A stretch of 64,000 nt of DNA from an uncultured Spirochaetia bacterium. GTDB taxonomy: Bacteria; Spirochaetota; UBA4802; UBA5368. The stretch is taken from positions 2,039-66,038 of the forward strand of contig CALEGE010000009.1 in the NCBI GenBank assembly GCA_937877025.1, given 5' to 3'. The notes under the pieces are model-generated. The model saw nothing but the letters and a program-made list of their open reading frames with translations, had not been told where the DNA came from and made no database searches. Numbering within the stretch: position 1 is the stretch's first letter; each line of letters opens with the position of its first letter. A program made the translations under genes and the position numbers. Positions 28,657 to 38,725 of this stretch are shown one piece after another.

Positions 28657-29493
28657 TTATCGGGAAAATCGATAGCCCGCGCCGATGCCGATACCAAATC
28701 CGTACATGGGGACGCTGCCGTCGTATATATAATCGAACCTGATCTGGGGAGAGATTACAACGACATCTATGAAGAAGCTCGGGCCTGTGCCGCAGCCGAT
28801 ATTCCATTTTATGCATGAGGTCTGCTCGGAGCGGCCATCGATTTTATACCAGCCGATTCCGATTACAGGCGCACCGGCCCAGTCAAAGCGGAAGCCGCGG
28901 ATTGAAAAAGGGAACCGCCACAGTGGTCCCGCCGATACACGCCCGCCGGCTACCTGTTTTACGCCCTTTTTTGAATGAAAAAATGCCATCTCGCTTCGTA
29001 CGCCGGCAGGGTGAATGTTCCGTGTAAAACCGGATTGATTTAGATTGATATCGCCAGTCAGCGCGGCCCCGGCGCCGTACGGCAGCACCGATCCAAGCTT
29101 TCCCGCAGTAATGCCGCAAAACGGCGCGAGAAACACGGCGTATCGTTGTTCAGCAATGGCGCCGTCCCCCGCACGTTGGCTTCGCCCTTCAAGCTTCTCG
29201 ATGCCCGCCTGATAGTTTATTTTCGCTTCACTCTCATTGACAGGTTTCCCCATTTTCTGAAATATCTTTACGTCTTCCTGGAAGCTTTCGGTTTCGTACA
29301 TCGTTTTGATCTGCGAGCGTTCTATGGTGAAGGTGCCATGATAGTTTCCGAGAACAACGTGATTCACTTTTTTTTCGAGTATTTTCCCGTTGAGTATCAT
29401 ATTGTCGTTTGTGACAACGATGTCGCCGTGCAGGGGTGCATGTGGGATAAGGAAAATGATTATCGTTATTATCAGCGCTGCGTAATTTTGCAT
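28657..29493 (-). CDS. Outer-membrane beta-barrel protein with a small N-terminal beta domain
   Basis: Signal peptide, amphipathic strands, C-terminal GAGYRF. Confidence 0.7.
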   Translation of the reverse strand: MQNYAALIITIIIFLIPHAPLHGDIVVTNDNMILNGKILEKKVNHVVLGNYHGTFTIERSQIKTMYETESFQEDVKIFQKMGKPVNESEAKINYQAGIEKLEGRSQRAGDGAIAEQRYAVFLAPFCGITAGKLGSVLPYGAGAALTGDINLNQSGFTRNIHPAGVRSEMAFFHSKKGVKQVAGGRVSAGPLWRFPFSIRGFRFDWAGAPVIGIGWYKIDGRSEQTSCIKWNIGCGTGPSFFIDVVVISPQIRFDYIYDGSVPMYGFGIGIGAGYRFSR

Positions 29494-29494
29494 G

Positions 29495-30796
29495 CTATTC
29501 CTTTACGGTGATACGTGTTATCCTGTCCCTTTTCACGTTGATTATTCCAATTGAAGATTTCAGGGTAATGTGATCGTTCGTCTCTTCCATGACGGCGCCC
29601 TTGAATGTGTTGCCGTCGCTTGTCTCGATGACAAGATATCTGATGGTATCGGCCGATCTGGAGGTGCTCTTCTGAATTTGATCTGCCTGCCTGAGAATTT
29701 TTTCCGATGCCGCAAATTCTTTGACACGGGCCACATCCGGTATTGCGGGCTCGGGATTCGCCTCATTTTCGATCATTTCAACAAGGACGGGGTCCTGTAA
29801 CCGTTTGTTCATCTGGATGGCAATCTTTCGTATTGCGTTATCCCCTCCCGCCCTCGATCCGATAATGAAGAGCTTGCGGTTCGAGAGCTTTGCATATTGT
29901 GATGACGGCGATTTTGTAATTATGTCGATATACGTTTCAATCGCCTTGCCCGGTTTGCCGAGTCCGCTATAACAGCGCGCTTTGTAATACCGTATCATGT
30001 CAGAATCCTTCGGCCCCGGCAACGACTCGGCCTTTTCAAGAATGCTGAGGGCCTGCTCGTAGGCCATAAGATTGACAAGCGACCGGCTTTGCAACAGGGG
30101 GTCAGAGCCGCTCGTCAGAACCTTTTCGCGGGCGATGATGAATCCCTCAAGATACTTCGATAATATTGTGGCGGTTATAGCACTGCTTTCCTGATTGTAG
30201 TCGCGTATAATGGTCTGATAATTCTTTCTGGCGCTGCCGTTCATGCCGGCGAGTGCGTAGCAGTACCCCTGGTGAAGCAGCATGCTGGCCCTCAACGAAG
30301 CATCGATATTTTTGTTTGAAAGCGCTTTTTCATATTGGTCTACCGCGCGTTTAAACAAGAAATTTCTTTCATAATAATAGGCGATATCCAGATCAATAAG
30401 TTCCCCATCCTGCCGTTGATTATATGACAATGGTTTTTTCCCAAGGATCGCGCGGTTCAGGTTTATCAGCTTGATGGCGGGCAATGAAATGATTTTGTAT
30501 CGTGACGGCATAACCGCGGGATAATTTTTTTCGCGCACTATCAGGGAGTGCACCCTCTCTTCTATCGCGTCGGCGCTTTCCTGCGTAAGCCGCTTCTCGT
30601 ACATTTTTTTATGTATTTCATATGTCGCGATGAGCGCGATGTGGTCTATGCTTCCTTCGCGTTGGTCCAATCTTTGCAGGTGCGTTTTGAGCTCGTCCAA
30701 TCGCAGGGAAATATTGAGTTCGTTGATGAACAGCAGAAAAGCGACAGCGCCCAGGGAAACAAGAACGAGAATGGCTGGAATTGTCTGTTTTCTCAC
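29495..30796 (-). CDS. Membrane-anchored TPR protein
   Basis: N-terminal TM helix, TPR-like helices (AVDQYEKAL, HQGYCYALAG, YYKARCYSGLG), C-terminal beta domain. Confidence 0.8.
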   Translation of the reverse strand: MRKQTIPAILVLVSLGAVAFLLFINELNISLRLDELKTHLQRLDQREGSIDHIALIATYEIHKKMYEKRLTQESADAIEERVHSLIVREKNYPAVMPSRYKIISLPAIKLINLNRAILGKKPLSYNQRQDGELIDLDIAYYYERNFLFKRAVDQYEKALSNKNIDASLRASMLLHQGYCYALAGMNGSARKNYQTIIRDYNQESSAITATILSKYLEGFIIAREKVLTSGSDPLLQSRSLVNLMAYEQALSILEKAESLPGPKDSDMIRYYKARCYSGLGKPGKAIETYIDIITKSPSSQYAKLSNRKLFIIGSRAGGDNAIRKIAIQMNKRLQDPVLVEMIENEANPEPAIPDVARVKEFAASEKILRQADQIQKSTSRSADTIRYLVIETSDGNTFKGAVMEETNDHITLKSSIGIINVKRDRITRITVKE

Positions 30797-30809
30797 GGAA
30801 GGGGTACCT

Positions 30810-32138
30810 CTACCGGCTGATTTCTACCCTGTTTCGTCCGCGCAGCTTGGCCTCAAGGAGCGCCGTTTCCGCTGACTGGGAAATATCGTAATAGCCGTCG
30901 GCCGTGTTGGGGCTGGCGGGATCGAAATATGAAACGCCGATGCTGATCGTTACAGGGATTTCGCCATCGGGCGTGATGATATTCTTTTTTTCGACAGTAG
31001 CCCTGATTTCTTCCGCGAGGTTGTGAACCTGTGCAGGTGTGCGTCCCGACGACATAACGGCGAATTCTTCCCCTCCGAACCGTGCAACTATGTCGGTATC
31101 CATGCAGGTGTGCAGTATCGTTTTGGCTGTTTCCATCAGCACTATGTTGCCGGTCTGGCGTCCGTAGACGTTGTTTATATTTTGGAAATTGTCTATGTCG
31201 ATAAGGAAAAACGCCATAAGGTCTCCCGTTTTCCCCGCTTTTTTAATCTCTTCCTGAACACGTTCAAGCATGTAGGCGCGGCCCACAAGCCCGGTCAATC
31301 TATCCCTTAACGCCGTGTGATCACTTTTTCCAGGGCCTTCCTTCTCTGTTTCAATCTGGTTGGATAGTTTGGTCATATTGGCGTGTATCGATTCAGCCAT
31401 TCCGTTGAACGTGTCCGCGAGGGAGCCGAATTCATCTTTTCGTTGTATCGATACCCGCGCGGTGAGATCTCCTTCTGAAAGCTTCTTCCCGGCCTGGTTG
31501 AGCAGTTTAAGAGGGTGAATAATATATCGAAAAAGAACCAGGGCGAAAATAAGATGAAAGAAAAGGATGACAAGTAGTACGTATACGGCCTGGAAATAAA
31601 GGTTCTTCAGTGATTTACTCGCTCCGTGTATGTCTTTCCGAACCAGCAGAATGGCGCTGGAAAGGTCGAACGCGCGAAGCGGGATGTAGCAGTATATTAT
31701 TTCTTTTGCCTCGTCGATTCGTATATAGTAATCTTTCCCGCTGAACGTCATGGAGGTGATCGAGCGGAGGCCATCCTCAATGAAGGTTTCAGGAGGATTT
31801 GTTGTATCGCCGGATTTATAGAGAACGTCGCCCTTTTCTGTAAAAAAAACATAGTCTGTGACGTGCGGCCCGATTAATGCAGCGATCTGTTTTATCGTAA
31901 ATTCATTGCCTGCCGTTTCGAACAGGCGCCCTTTTTTCATTTCAAGAGTGAATTTTTTAAGCGAATCGATGAGCGTCACGAGCTGTTTTTCCGATTCGAG
32001 CTTTGTAATGGCGCCGATAAGGTCGGCCTGGTTTTCAAAAATTACAGAAATTACAAAGGATATATTAATAAGCGCAAGCAGCGCATACAGTGCGATGATT
32101 TTAAAACCGATGGAGCGCCCAATTTTATGTTTCATCAA
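30810..32138 (-). CDS. HAMP-GGDEF diguanylate cyclase
   Basis: Two TM helices, HAMP (RKDEFGSLADTFNGM), RDRLTGL, DIDNFQNIN, RFGGEEF, GRNR. Confidence 0.92.
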   Translation of the reverse strand: MMKHKIGRSIGFKIIALYALLALINISFVISVIFENQADLIGAITKLESEKQLVTLIDSLKKFTLEMKKGRLFETAGNEFTIKQIAALIGPHVTDYVFFTEKGDVLYKSGDTTNPPETFIEDGLRSITSMTFSGKDYYIRIDEAKEIIYCYIPLRAFDLSSAILLVRKDIHGASKSLKNLYFQAVYVLLVILFFHLIFALVLFRYIIHPLKLLNQAGKKLSEGDLTARVSIQRKDEFGSLADTFNGMAESIHANMTKLSNQIETEKEGPGKSDHTALRDRLTGLVGRAYMLERVQEEIKKAGKTGDLMAFFLIDIDNFQNINNVYGRQTGNIVLMETAKTILHTCMDTDIVARFGGEEFAVMSSGRTPAQVHNLAEEIRATVEKKNIITPDGEIPVTISIGVSYFDPASPNTADGYYDISQSAETALLEAKLRGRNRVEISR

Positions 32139-32430
32139 TGTGTTTATCTCACTATGTGTAATAATACGACATAGTGAGCACTGTGTTCACAAAAATTTCA
32201 AGTAACTAACTTGAGTCAGGTGAAAAATGATACGTAAATACGAAAAAATCCGCCGGTAGTGACACCCTGAATCTCCCGGATAAATACAAAATTGACTGAC
32301 GCGGCTCAATAATTTCTTCCGTGATAAATCCGCGGCAGTGCATTAATCGTGATTGCAATAGCATCATCGATATAGTACATCTGTCGGGAGTATGTTTCGA
32401 CTGTGGTTATCACACAATGTGGAAGCGTAT

Positions 32431-33195
32431 ATGGACAAAAGAAACAGCAGGTATGCATTGATCGCGGCGGTGTGCGCCGTATGCGTGGTTGTATGCGCCG
32501 CACTTCTGGACGCCGCCGAACCGCGCTTCGGCGATATCGTGCGCCAGGGAGCGGCGGTACGCGCAATAGACGCGGAAATCGTTCAATACATAGATAGCGG
32601 CGCGGCGCCGCGCGAGGTGTTCCGGGGAAGATACAGGGCCGATGAAGCCGGTAATTTTCGCATCGACTACTCCGCGCCGTCGCGGCAGATTGTGATTAAA
32701 AACAGTCGGGGCCTCTTCTGGTATTATCCTGACGACAGGCTGCTCTACGAGATTGCGCGGCGCGGCGCTGAATCGTCGAAGCCGCAATTCAATCCACTCC
32801 ATGAATTTGCGCGTGATTTCGAACGTCGCTTCGATGTGCGGTACCGGGGAAAACGGATATATGGAGTATTCCGCCGCGCGCACCGTTTCGATCTCGTCGA
32901 CAGGGCGAGCAATCTGCGCATGACGGTCTGGGTCGATCCGGCGGACAGCCGACTTCTTGAAAAAAATGTGCGTGACCCTGCCGGGCGTGAGATAATGAAG
33001 GAATTGTACGGCGATTACTTGGTGGTAAAAGGCATTCTGTTTCCCCGCAGGGTTGAGGTCTCGGCATTGACAGCGCGCGGCGTTACAAAAAATATTACGC
33101 ACTATAAAAATATTACTCTCAATCCTGCGTTTCACGGCGCGGTGTTTACGATGGAGTATCCCCGCAACGTGACGCGCAAAGCGATCCATGAATAG
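32431..33195 (+). CDS. LolA/LolB-like outer-membrane lipoprotein-sorting protein
   Basis: Signal peptide, FRIDYSAPSRQIVI...LFWYYP, WVDP, FPRRVEV. Confidence 0.65.
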   Translation: MDKRNSRYALIAAVCAVCVVVCAALLDAAEPRFGDIVRQGAAVRAIDAEIVQYIDSGAAPREVFRGRYRADEAGNFRIDYSAPSRQIVIKNSRGLFWYYPDDRLLYEIARRGAESSKPQFNPLHEFARDFERRFDVRYRGKRIYGVFRRAHRFDLVDRASNLRMTVWVDPADSRLLEKNVRDPAGREIMKELYGDYLVVKGILFPRRVEVSALTARGVTKNITHYKNITLNPAFHGAVFTMEYPRNVTRKAIHE

Positions 33196-34627
33196 GGTGG
33201 GGGCGCTGGTATGCGGCATATGCGCCGCGCTTATTGCAGTATCGGCGGTAGCCGGGGCGGAACCGATACGTGATATTGTTCTGGTCGGCTCGACGATTAA
33301 TATCGATGTGCGCGCCATACCGGGTGTTGCGGCCGGCAACCTGGGGGATGCTGATATCAGGTCCGTCGGTGCGCGTGTGACCGCCGAGTATCACCGCCTG
33401 GGCTACACCACATCGTATGTCGAGCGCCTTGTCGTCAGAAAAGACGGCACGCTCGAGGTGCACGTGAGGGAATCTCGAATTGCCGGTATCGAAGTAACGG
33501 GCATTGGCGCGCGGGACGCGCGCGAACTGGAATCCCTGCTTTTTCCAGTTAAAAACGAGATTTACAATAAACTCGTAATTCAGGACCGGATGAAGCGCGC
33601 CCGTGAGCTCTACAACCTTGATACCCTCCGTGTTGTGCCCGTGAACTATAAAGACTCTGATGACGTGTTTCTCTCCGTGCGCGCTGAAAGGACGAGTGCC
33701 GGACGTTTTTCGGGCGGTGTCGTGCTCGACCCGATTTACGGCATCGGCCCCTTGCTGGGATGGCGCATGCCCTCGAAAGATTCCGATTTTTCGGTTACCG
33801 GCACCGCCGGCTACAGGGCGAATGAATGGCGAAAAATCGCGGGCGACCTGCGGTACTCACGGCGTATGGCGCCTGGCGAGGGTGCGTTGGCGCTTGGCAT
33901 GCGCGGCGGCCGCACTATTGAGCGATGGCAGTCGCGCGGCGATGAATTTACCGTTACGTCCTGCGCGCCATCGGTCGGTATTGGCGTCATAACGGATGTT
34001 ACCGATGATTTTCTTCTGTGGACCACGGTGAGCATAGCTGAGATTGTGAACGCGCTTGAGGATTACAGCGAACGCGGGGGGCGCGCGTACAATTACGACA
34101 CGCGGCTGACGCTCGATGTGCTGTTGTCGAATCGGTATTATAAAATGGAAAAAAACACCGCAACGGAAATGCACCTTGCGCTCTCCGGCGGCAGAAGCGG
34201 CCTTGAAAAAAAGGGATATGTGATTGCAGTATTCGACGCGTCCACGTCGGCGCCGTGTTTGTCGTGGCTGCGGCTTATACCGCGCTGCGCATCGTATTAT
34301 ACGTCGTCCAAGGAACGGCTGTATCATTCGTACGTGTTCGATGCGGCGCTTATGGGGTTTTCAAACGATTATACGGCATCGAAATGGAAAAACACCGCGG
34401 GGTTAGATGTCGAGGCCGGTCTGTTGCCGGGAATGTTGTATGTCGGACCTTTCGTTAATGCGGGGTGCTTTCTTGACGAGCGCAATTACTGGCGTGCGAA
34501 AACGGGAACCGGCGCAAAGTGCAGAATCCGCGTAAAGAGCGCTATGGTGCAATTGTATTACGCCTGGAATGCGGCAGGTCCCCCGAAGAACGGCGGCATG
34601 TATATTTCAGCGTCGGGAGATTTTTAA
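33188..34627 (+). CDS. POTRA-containing outer-membrane beta-barrel (Omp85/TpsB-like)
   Basis: Signal peptide, POTRA-like AEYHRLGYTTSYV...LEVHVRESRIAGIEVTG, beta strands, terminal Phe. Confidence 0.7.
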   Translation: MNRVGALVCGICAALIAVSAVAGAEPIRDIVLVGSTINIDVRAIPGVAAGNLGDADIRSVGARVTAEYHRLGYTTSYVERLVVRKDGTLEVHVRESRIAGIEVTGIGARDARELESLLFPVKNEIYNKLVIQDRMKRARELYNLDTLRVVPVNYKDSDDVFLSVRAERTSAGRFSGGVVLDPIYGIGPLLGWRMPSKDSDFSVTGTAGYRANEWRKIAGDLRYSRRMAPGEGALALGMRGGRTIERWQSRGDEFTVTSCAPSVGIGVITDVTDDFLLWTTVSIAEIVNALEDYSERGGRAYNYDTRLTLDVLLSNRYYKMEKNTATEMHLALSGGRSGLEKKGYVIAVFDASTSAPCLSWLRLIPRCASYYTSSKERLYHSYVFDAALMGFSNDYTASKWKNTAGLDVEAGLLPGMLYVGPFVNAGCFLDERNYWRAKTGTGAKCRIRVKSAMVQLYYAWNAAGPPKNGGMYISASGDF

Positions 34628-34675
34628 GCGGAAAAATCATTCCCGCGGTAATGCAATAAAAGGAGGATATTCTAT

Positions 34676-35128
34676 ATGAAAAGTATCAGATTTCCTCAGC
34701 CTTTCAGGCATGTGCATCCGCCAATCCGTAACGTGAACGAGCTGTTCGACGAAAGACGCACATATGGTCAGAGGGCCGCTGACAGAGTGGCGCTCGTCAT
34801 GGGATCGTGGAAATTCGTGATTATTCAGACGGCCGTTCTCTCGGTGTGGGTCGTTCTCAATGTGACGGCGTATATCTATCACTGGGACCCGTACCCGTTT
34901 ATACTCATGAACCTGGTGTTGTCGCTGCAAGCCGCCTATACCGCGCCGATTATCATGATGAGCCAGAACCGTCTCGCGGAAAAAGACAGAATCGAGGCCC
35001 ATAACGATTACATGGTCAACCAGAAGGCCGAAGAGGAGGTTCGTGTTATCCTCGAGCATCTGGATGCGCAGAACGAGGCCTTGGAAAAAATCCATCAGAT
35101 GCTGTTGGAAAAGAGCATGCGCGGCTGA
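34676..35128 (+). CDS. DUF1003 domain membrane protein
   Basis: GQRAAD, MGSWKF, DPYPFILMNLVLSLQAAYTAPIIMMSQNR. Confidence 0.92.
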   Translation: MKSIRFPQPFRHVHPPIRNVNELFDERRTYGQRAADRVALVMGSWKFVIIQTAVLSVWVVLNVTAYIYHWDPYPFILMNLVLSLQAAYTAPIIMMSQNRLAEKDRIEAHNDYMVNQKAEEEVRVILEHLDAQNEALEKIHQMLLEKSMRG

Positions 35129-35215
35129 AAACCCTTTCCCCATCGCTTGACGCGCCTTGATAAAATGTGTAAATTGTTGTATTTCAACGAATATATTTAA
35201 TTGGAGGATAAATGC

Positions 35216-35830
35216 ATGAGGATTCCAATTGTTTTCTATTCGGCATACGGCCATATTTACAGAATGGCCGAGGCTGTCGCGGAAGGGATTCGGGATGTAA
35301 AGGGGGCCGAACCGGTTTTGAAAATGGTTCCGGAAACGCTCCCGCAAAGCGTTCTTGAAAGCACCGGCATAGCCGCCGCCCGCAAGGCATTCGCGCATAT
35401 TCCTGCGGTGACGCTCGAAGACCTGGAAACCGCGGATGCGGTGATATTCGGTACGCCGACACGCTTCGGCAACATGTGCGCGCAGATGCGTGCGTTTCTC
35501 GATTCGACGGGTCCGCTCTGGCAGAAAAGGGCGCTTGTCGGGAAGGTGGGAAGCGTCTTCACAAGCTCCGCGACGCAGCATGGCGGCCAGGAGTCGACGA
35601 TACTGAGCTTTCATATCACCCTGCTTCATCACGGGATGATCATAGCCGGCCTTCCGTATGCGTATGAGGGGCTTGCACGTATCGATGAAATGAGCGGCGG
35701 GTCTCCGTATGGCGCCTCCACAATCGCCGGTGGAAAGGGCGAGCGAATGCCGAATGAAAATGAGCTCAACGGCGCGCGCTATCAGGGCCGGTACGTGGCG
35801 CAGATAGCCGCAAAGCTTGCGCGGCCGTAG
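35216..35830 (+). CDS. wrbA: NAD(P)H:quinone oxidoreductase type IV
   Basis: FYSAYGH, FGTPTRFGNM, TQHGGQEST, GGSPYGAST. Confidence 0.95.
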   Translation: MRIPIVFYSAYGHIYRMAEAVAEGIRDVKGAEPVLKMVPETLPQSVLESTGIAAARKAFAHIPAVTLEDLETADAVIFGTPTRFGNMCAQMRAFLDSTGPLWQKRALVGKVGSVFTSSATQHGGQESTILSFHITLLHHGMIIAGLPYAYEGLARIDEMSGGSPYGASTIAGGKGERMPNENELNGARYQGRYVAQIAAKLARP

Positions 35831-36007
35831 AAATCGCCGATGATGTCCACCCTGGAGACATTCTTGATTGCGGGCGCCGGCGAAAGCAGAAAAAACACCG
35901 GCGTCCGCAGTGCGATAAAAGACAAAAAATGATGTGGCAGCGTTACGCGCCGGGTTATTTATTACGTGCGGTTAGACGGTACCGTGATATAATTGCGTGC
36001 ATACGCG

Positions 36008-36496
36008 TTATTCCCGTCCTGCAAGCCTCATCTTTTCGCGCATGTCGATGAGGGTGATGATATGCGTGCGTTCTTCATTAATAAGCCTGGTAAGCAGGTT
36101 GTGCGCCTCCTTTTCGCCGGAATACATGGAGAGAAGTTCGGTATACCAGAGAATGGAGTCTTTTTCCGCGGTGAGCGCGAGATTGAAAACATCGGTCACC
36201 TTTGCGATGCCCTTGATCGCCGCGCTGACGTCGTCTTTGTCTTTGAACACGCGCTCGTCGCCGATTGCCTGCAGGTACTGGTAATACTCGCCGGTAAACT
36301 CGCCCGACGGCTCGCCGATTTCCGTAAGAAAAGTTTCGAAGAGCTCTTTGTGGCGGTGTTCCTCCTCGGCGAGGAATCCGAACATGTCAGCCAACTGCCG
36401 GTCGGTAAATTTTTTTCTGCACTCGGAATAGAAGAAACACCCGGAATCCTCGATCCCGACGGCGATATCGACAAGTTCTTTCACGGAAAATTTCAT
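36008..36496 (-). CDS. Ferritin-like (rubrerythrin-type) diiron protein
   Basis: AVGIEDSGCFFY, LAEEEHRH, AEKDSILWY, NEERTH. Confidence 0.85.
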   Translation of the reverse strand: MKFSVKELVDIAVGIEDSGCFFYSECRKKFTDRQLADMFGFLAEEEHRHKELFETFLTEIGEPSGEFTGEYYQYLQAIGDERVFKDKDDVSAAIKGIAKVTDVFNLALTAEKDSILWYTELLSMYSGEKEAHNLLTRLINEERTHIITLIDMREKMRLAGRE

Positions 36497-36546
36497 GCTG
36501 TATCTCCTCTCGTTGTACGGCGTTATCCCAGTGCGTTACAACGCCG

Positions 36547-38019
36547 TTATTCGGTGATGTTTTTAATCGCCTCAATGAACAGCCGCACGCCGAACCCTGT
36601 CGCATATTTCGGGCGATAGCCGCGTTGTTTCGAGTACCATGACGTTCCCGCGATGTCGATATGCGCCCACGGCGTTTTCTTCACGAAGTTCTTTAAAAAG
36701 GTGGCGCCCATTATCGTGCCCGCGTTCCTTCCCGAGGACACGTTGTTGATGTCGGCGATATCCGACTTGATATCGTCGGCGTATTCCCTGTACATTGGAA
36801 GCCGCCACAGCCTGTCGCCCGTCGTTTCGCCCGCGTTAAAAAGCGCGCCGGCTATTTCGTCGCTTTCGGTCAGCAGCCCGGCGATAATTTCGCCGAAACA
36901 GACGAGGCACGCGCCCGTGAGGGTCGCGATATCTATCATGTACGAAGGCTTCAACCTGTCCTCCGCGAACGCGAGCGCGTCGGCGAGAATGAGGCGGCCC
37001 TCGGCGTCGGTATTGCCTATTTCGACGCTTGTGCCGTTATACGCGATATGCACGTCGCCCGGACGGTAGGCGGTTTTGCCCACCATGTTTTCGCACAGCG
37101 GCAGCACTGCGTAGATGTTCTTTTTCAGCTTGAGCTCCGCCGCCGCCTTGATCGTGTACAGGCACGCCGCCGCGCCCGACATGTCGCTGCGCATGTCCTC
37201 GATATGGCCCGACGGCTTCAGGTTTATACCGCCGGAATCGAAGGTGATGCCCTTTCCAATGATTGCAACGGACTTTTTGCTTGAAGGATTGCCGGCGTAT
37301 TTCAGCACCACAAGCTGGGGAGGATATATGCTGCCGCGGCTGACCGCGAGAAGCAGCCCCATCTTCATCTTCTCGATTTCCTTTTTACCGTACACGGTGC
37401 ACGTTACGCCCCTGAGCTTCGCGAGCTTTTTCGCCTCTTTCGCGACGGCGACTGGATTGGTTACGTCGCTTATCTCATTGATGAGATCGCGGCACAGCAG
37501 CGTGTTTTCGCACAGGATTTCTATTTCTTCAAGCATCTTCGAAATCTTTCCGGCGGCCGGCGTAGACAGAATCGCCCTTTCAAGGGGATTCACCTGATCG
37601 TCGTTCTTCGATTTATAACGGTTGAATACATAATTTGAAAGGTATATGCCTTCTCCCAGCGCCCGGGCCGTTTCCTCGGACGATATATTTTCATATTCCG
37701 GAACAATTGCGTGAATGGCGGAAATCTTCTTTTTTCTGCATATTTCGGATACCGCGGCGGCGCTGTTTCGTAGCGTTTCTTTCGTCAGGTCGTCTTTTTT
37801 ACCGGCGCCGGAAACGATGACTGCTGGGTGCTCGCCGAACGGGATGAAGAGTGTTTCGCCGGGCTTTCCCTTGAAAAAGGAGAGGTTCGCTTTCTCCTTA
37901 ATGAAGGAAAGCGGCTCAGGAATGGCGTTGCCGTTTTTTGGGAAATCTTCGCAAAGAAAAACAGCAATGGTGTCTTTCCGGGTCAGGTGAGGGAGTGTCG
38001 ATTGTGCAATAAGTTTCAT
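36547..38019 (-). CDS. pepA: Leucyl aminopeptidase (M17)
   Basis: GKGITFDSGG, DMSGAA, NTDAEGRL, ATLTG, HIDIAG. Confidence 0.96.
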   Translation of the reverse strand: MKLIAQSTLPHLTRKDTIAVFLCEDFPKNGNAIPEPLSFIKEKANLSFFKGKPGETLFIPFGEHPAVIVSGAGKKDDLTKETLRNSAAAVSEICRKKKISAIHAIVPEYENISSEETARALGEGIYLSNYVFNRYKSKNDDQVNPLERAILSTPAAGKISKMLEEIEILCENTLLCRDLINEISDVTNPVAVAKEAKKLAKLRGVTCTVYGKKEIEKMKMGLLLAVSRGSIYPPQLVVLKYAGNPSSKKSVAIIGKGITFDSGGINLKPSGHIEDMRSDMSGAAACLYTIKAAAELKLKKNIYAVLPLCENMVGKTAYRPGDVHIAYNGTSVEIGNTDAEGRLILADALAFAEDRLKPSYMIDIATLTGACLVCFGEIIAGLLTESDEIAGALFNAGETTGDRLWRLPMYREYADDIKSDIADINNVSSGRNAGTIMGATFLKNFVKKTPWAHIDIAGTSWYSKQRGYRPKYATGFGVRLFIEAIKNITE

Positions 38020-38263
38020 CGGTCGTTGCTTCCATTATATGATAATTAAGATGTTGCGCCGCCGTGAGCATTACTCGGTACAGTCACCGGCATGTGCGCA
38101 GCGGTTTTGTACCGGCGGAATATATTAATTTCAACTATATTTTTAACAGAAAGTCAATTAAGTGCGCCCTATGCGGCTCCACTGCAATGTGCGATTGATG
38201 CGCCACGGAAAAGCTTCTCGGGGATGTGTATATTCCACGTCAGCGGGCGGAGACTGTGCGTGG

Positions 38264-38500
38264 TCAGAACGTGAATCCCAGTTCATCTTCAATGAACTTG
38301 ATCGCGAAATAGCCCACCATAAGCCCCTTGAGATCGTCCATCGGCAGAACGGGCATCCTCTTTTTTCTGTTGATGCCGGAAAGGATCTGGCTCTTTATCA
38401 TAGATATGTCCGATTCAGTAAAATTGTCGAGCTCGATTATCTTTTCAACGATCTCGCCCAGATGTTCGTGCACGAATTTGTTATAGGTTTGTTCTGTCAT
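38264..38500 (-). CDS. Hypothetical protein, 78 aa
   Basis: MTEQTYNKF...ELGFTF. Start chosen after a GAGAG SD-like site. Confidence 0.6.
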   Translation of the reverse strand: MTEQTYNKFVHEHLGEIVEKIIELDNFTESDISMIKSQILSGINRKKRMPVLPMDDLKGLMVGYFAIKFIEDELGFTF

Positions 38501-38725
38501 AACAACTCTCTCACCGCCGCGATGGTGTTCACGGGCCTTCATCGCCAGTTCGCCTGGAAAGCGGTCGTGAATCATCATCAGGAAACATACAGTATTCTCA
38601 ATAATATAGCATGAATATAGCATGCCGGCGGTGATGGAGCAATTTTAATGGGGAATAAAATGCAATTTTTTAATACACATTAGCATGTCAATGTAAATAT
38701 TAAGCGTACACCACGGCATCCGGCA

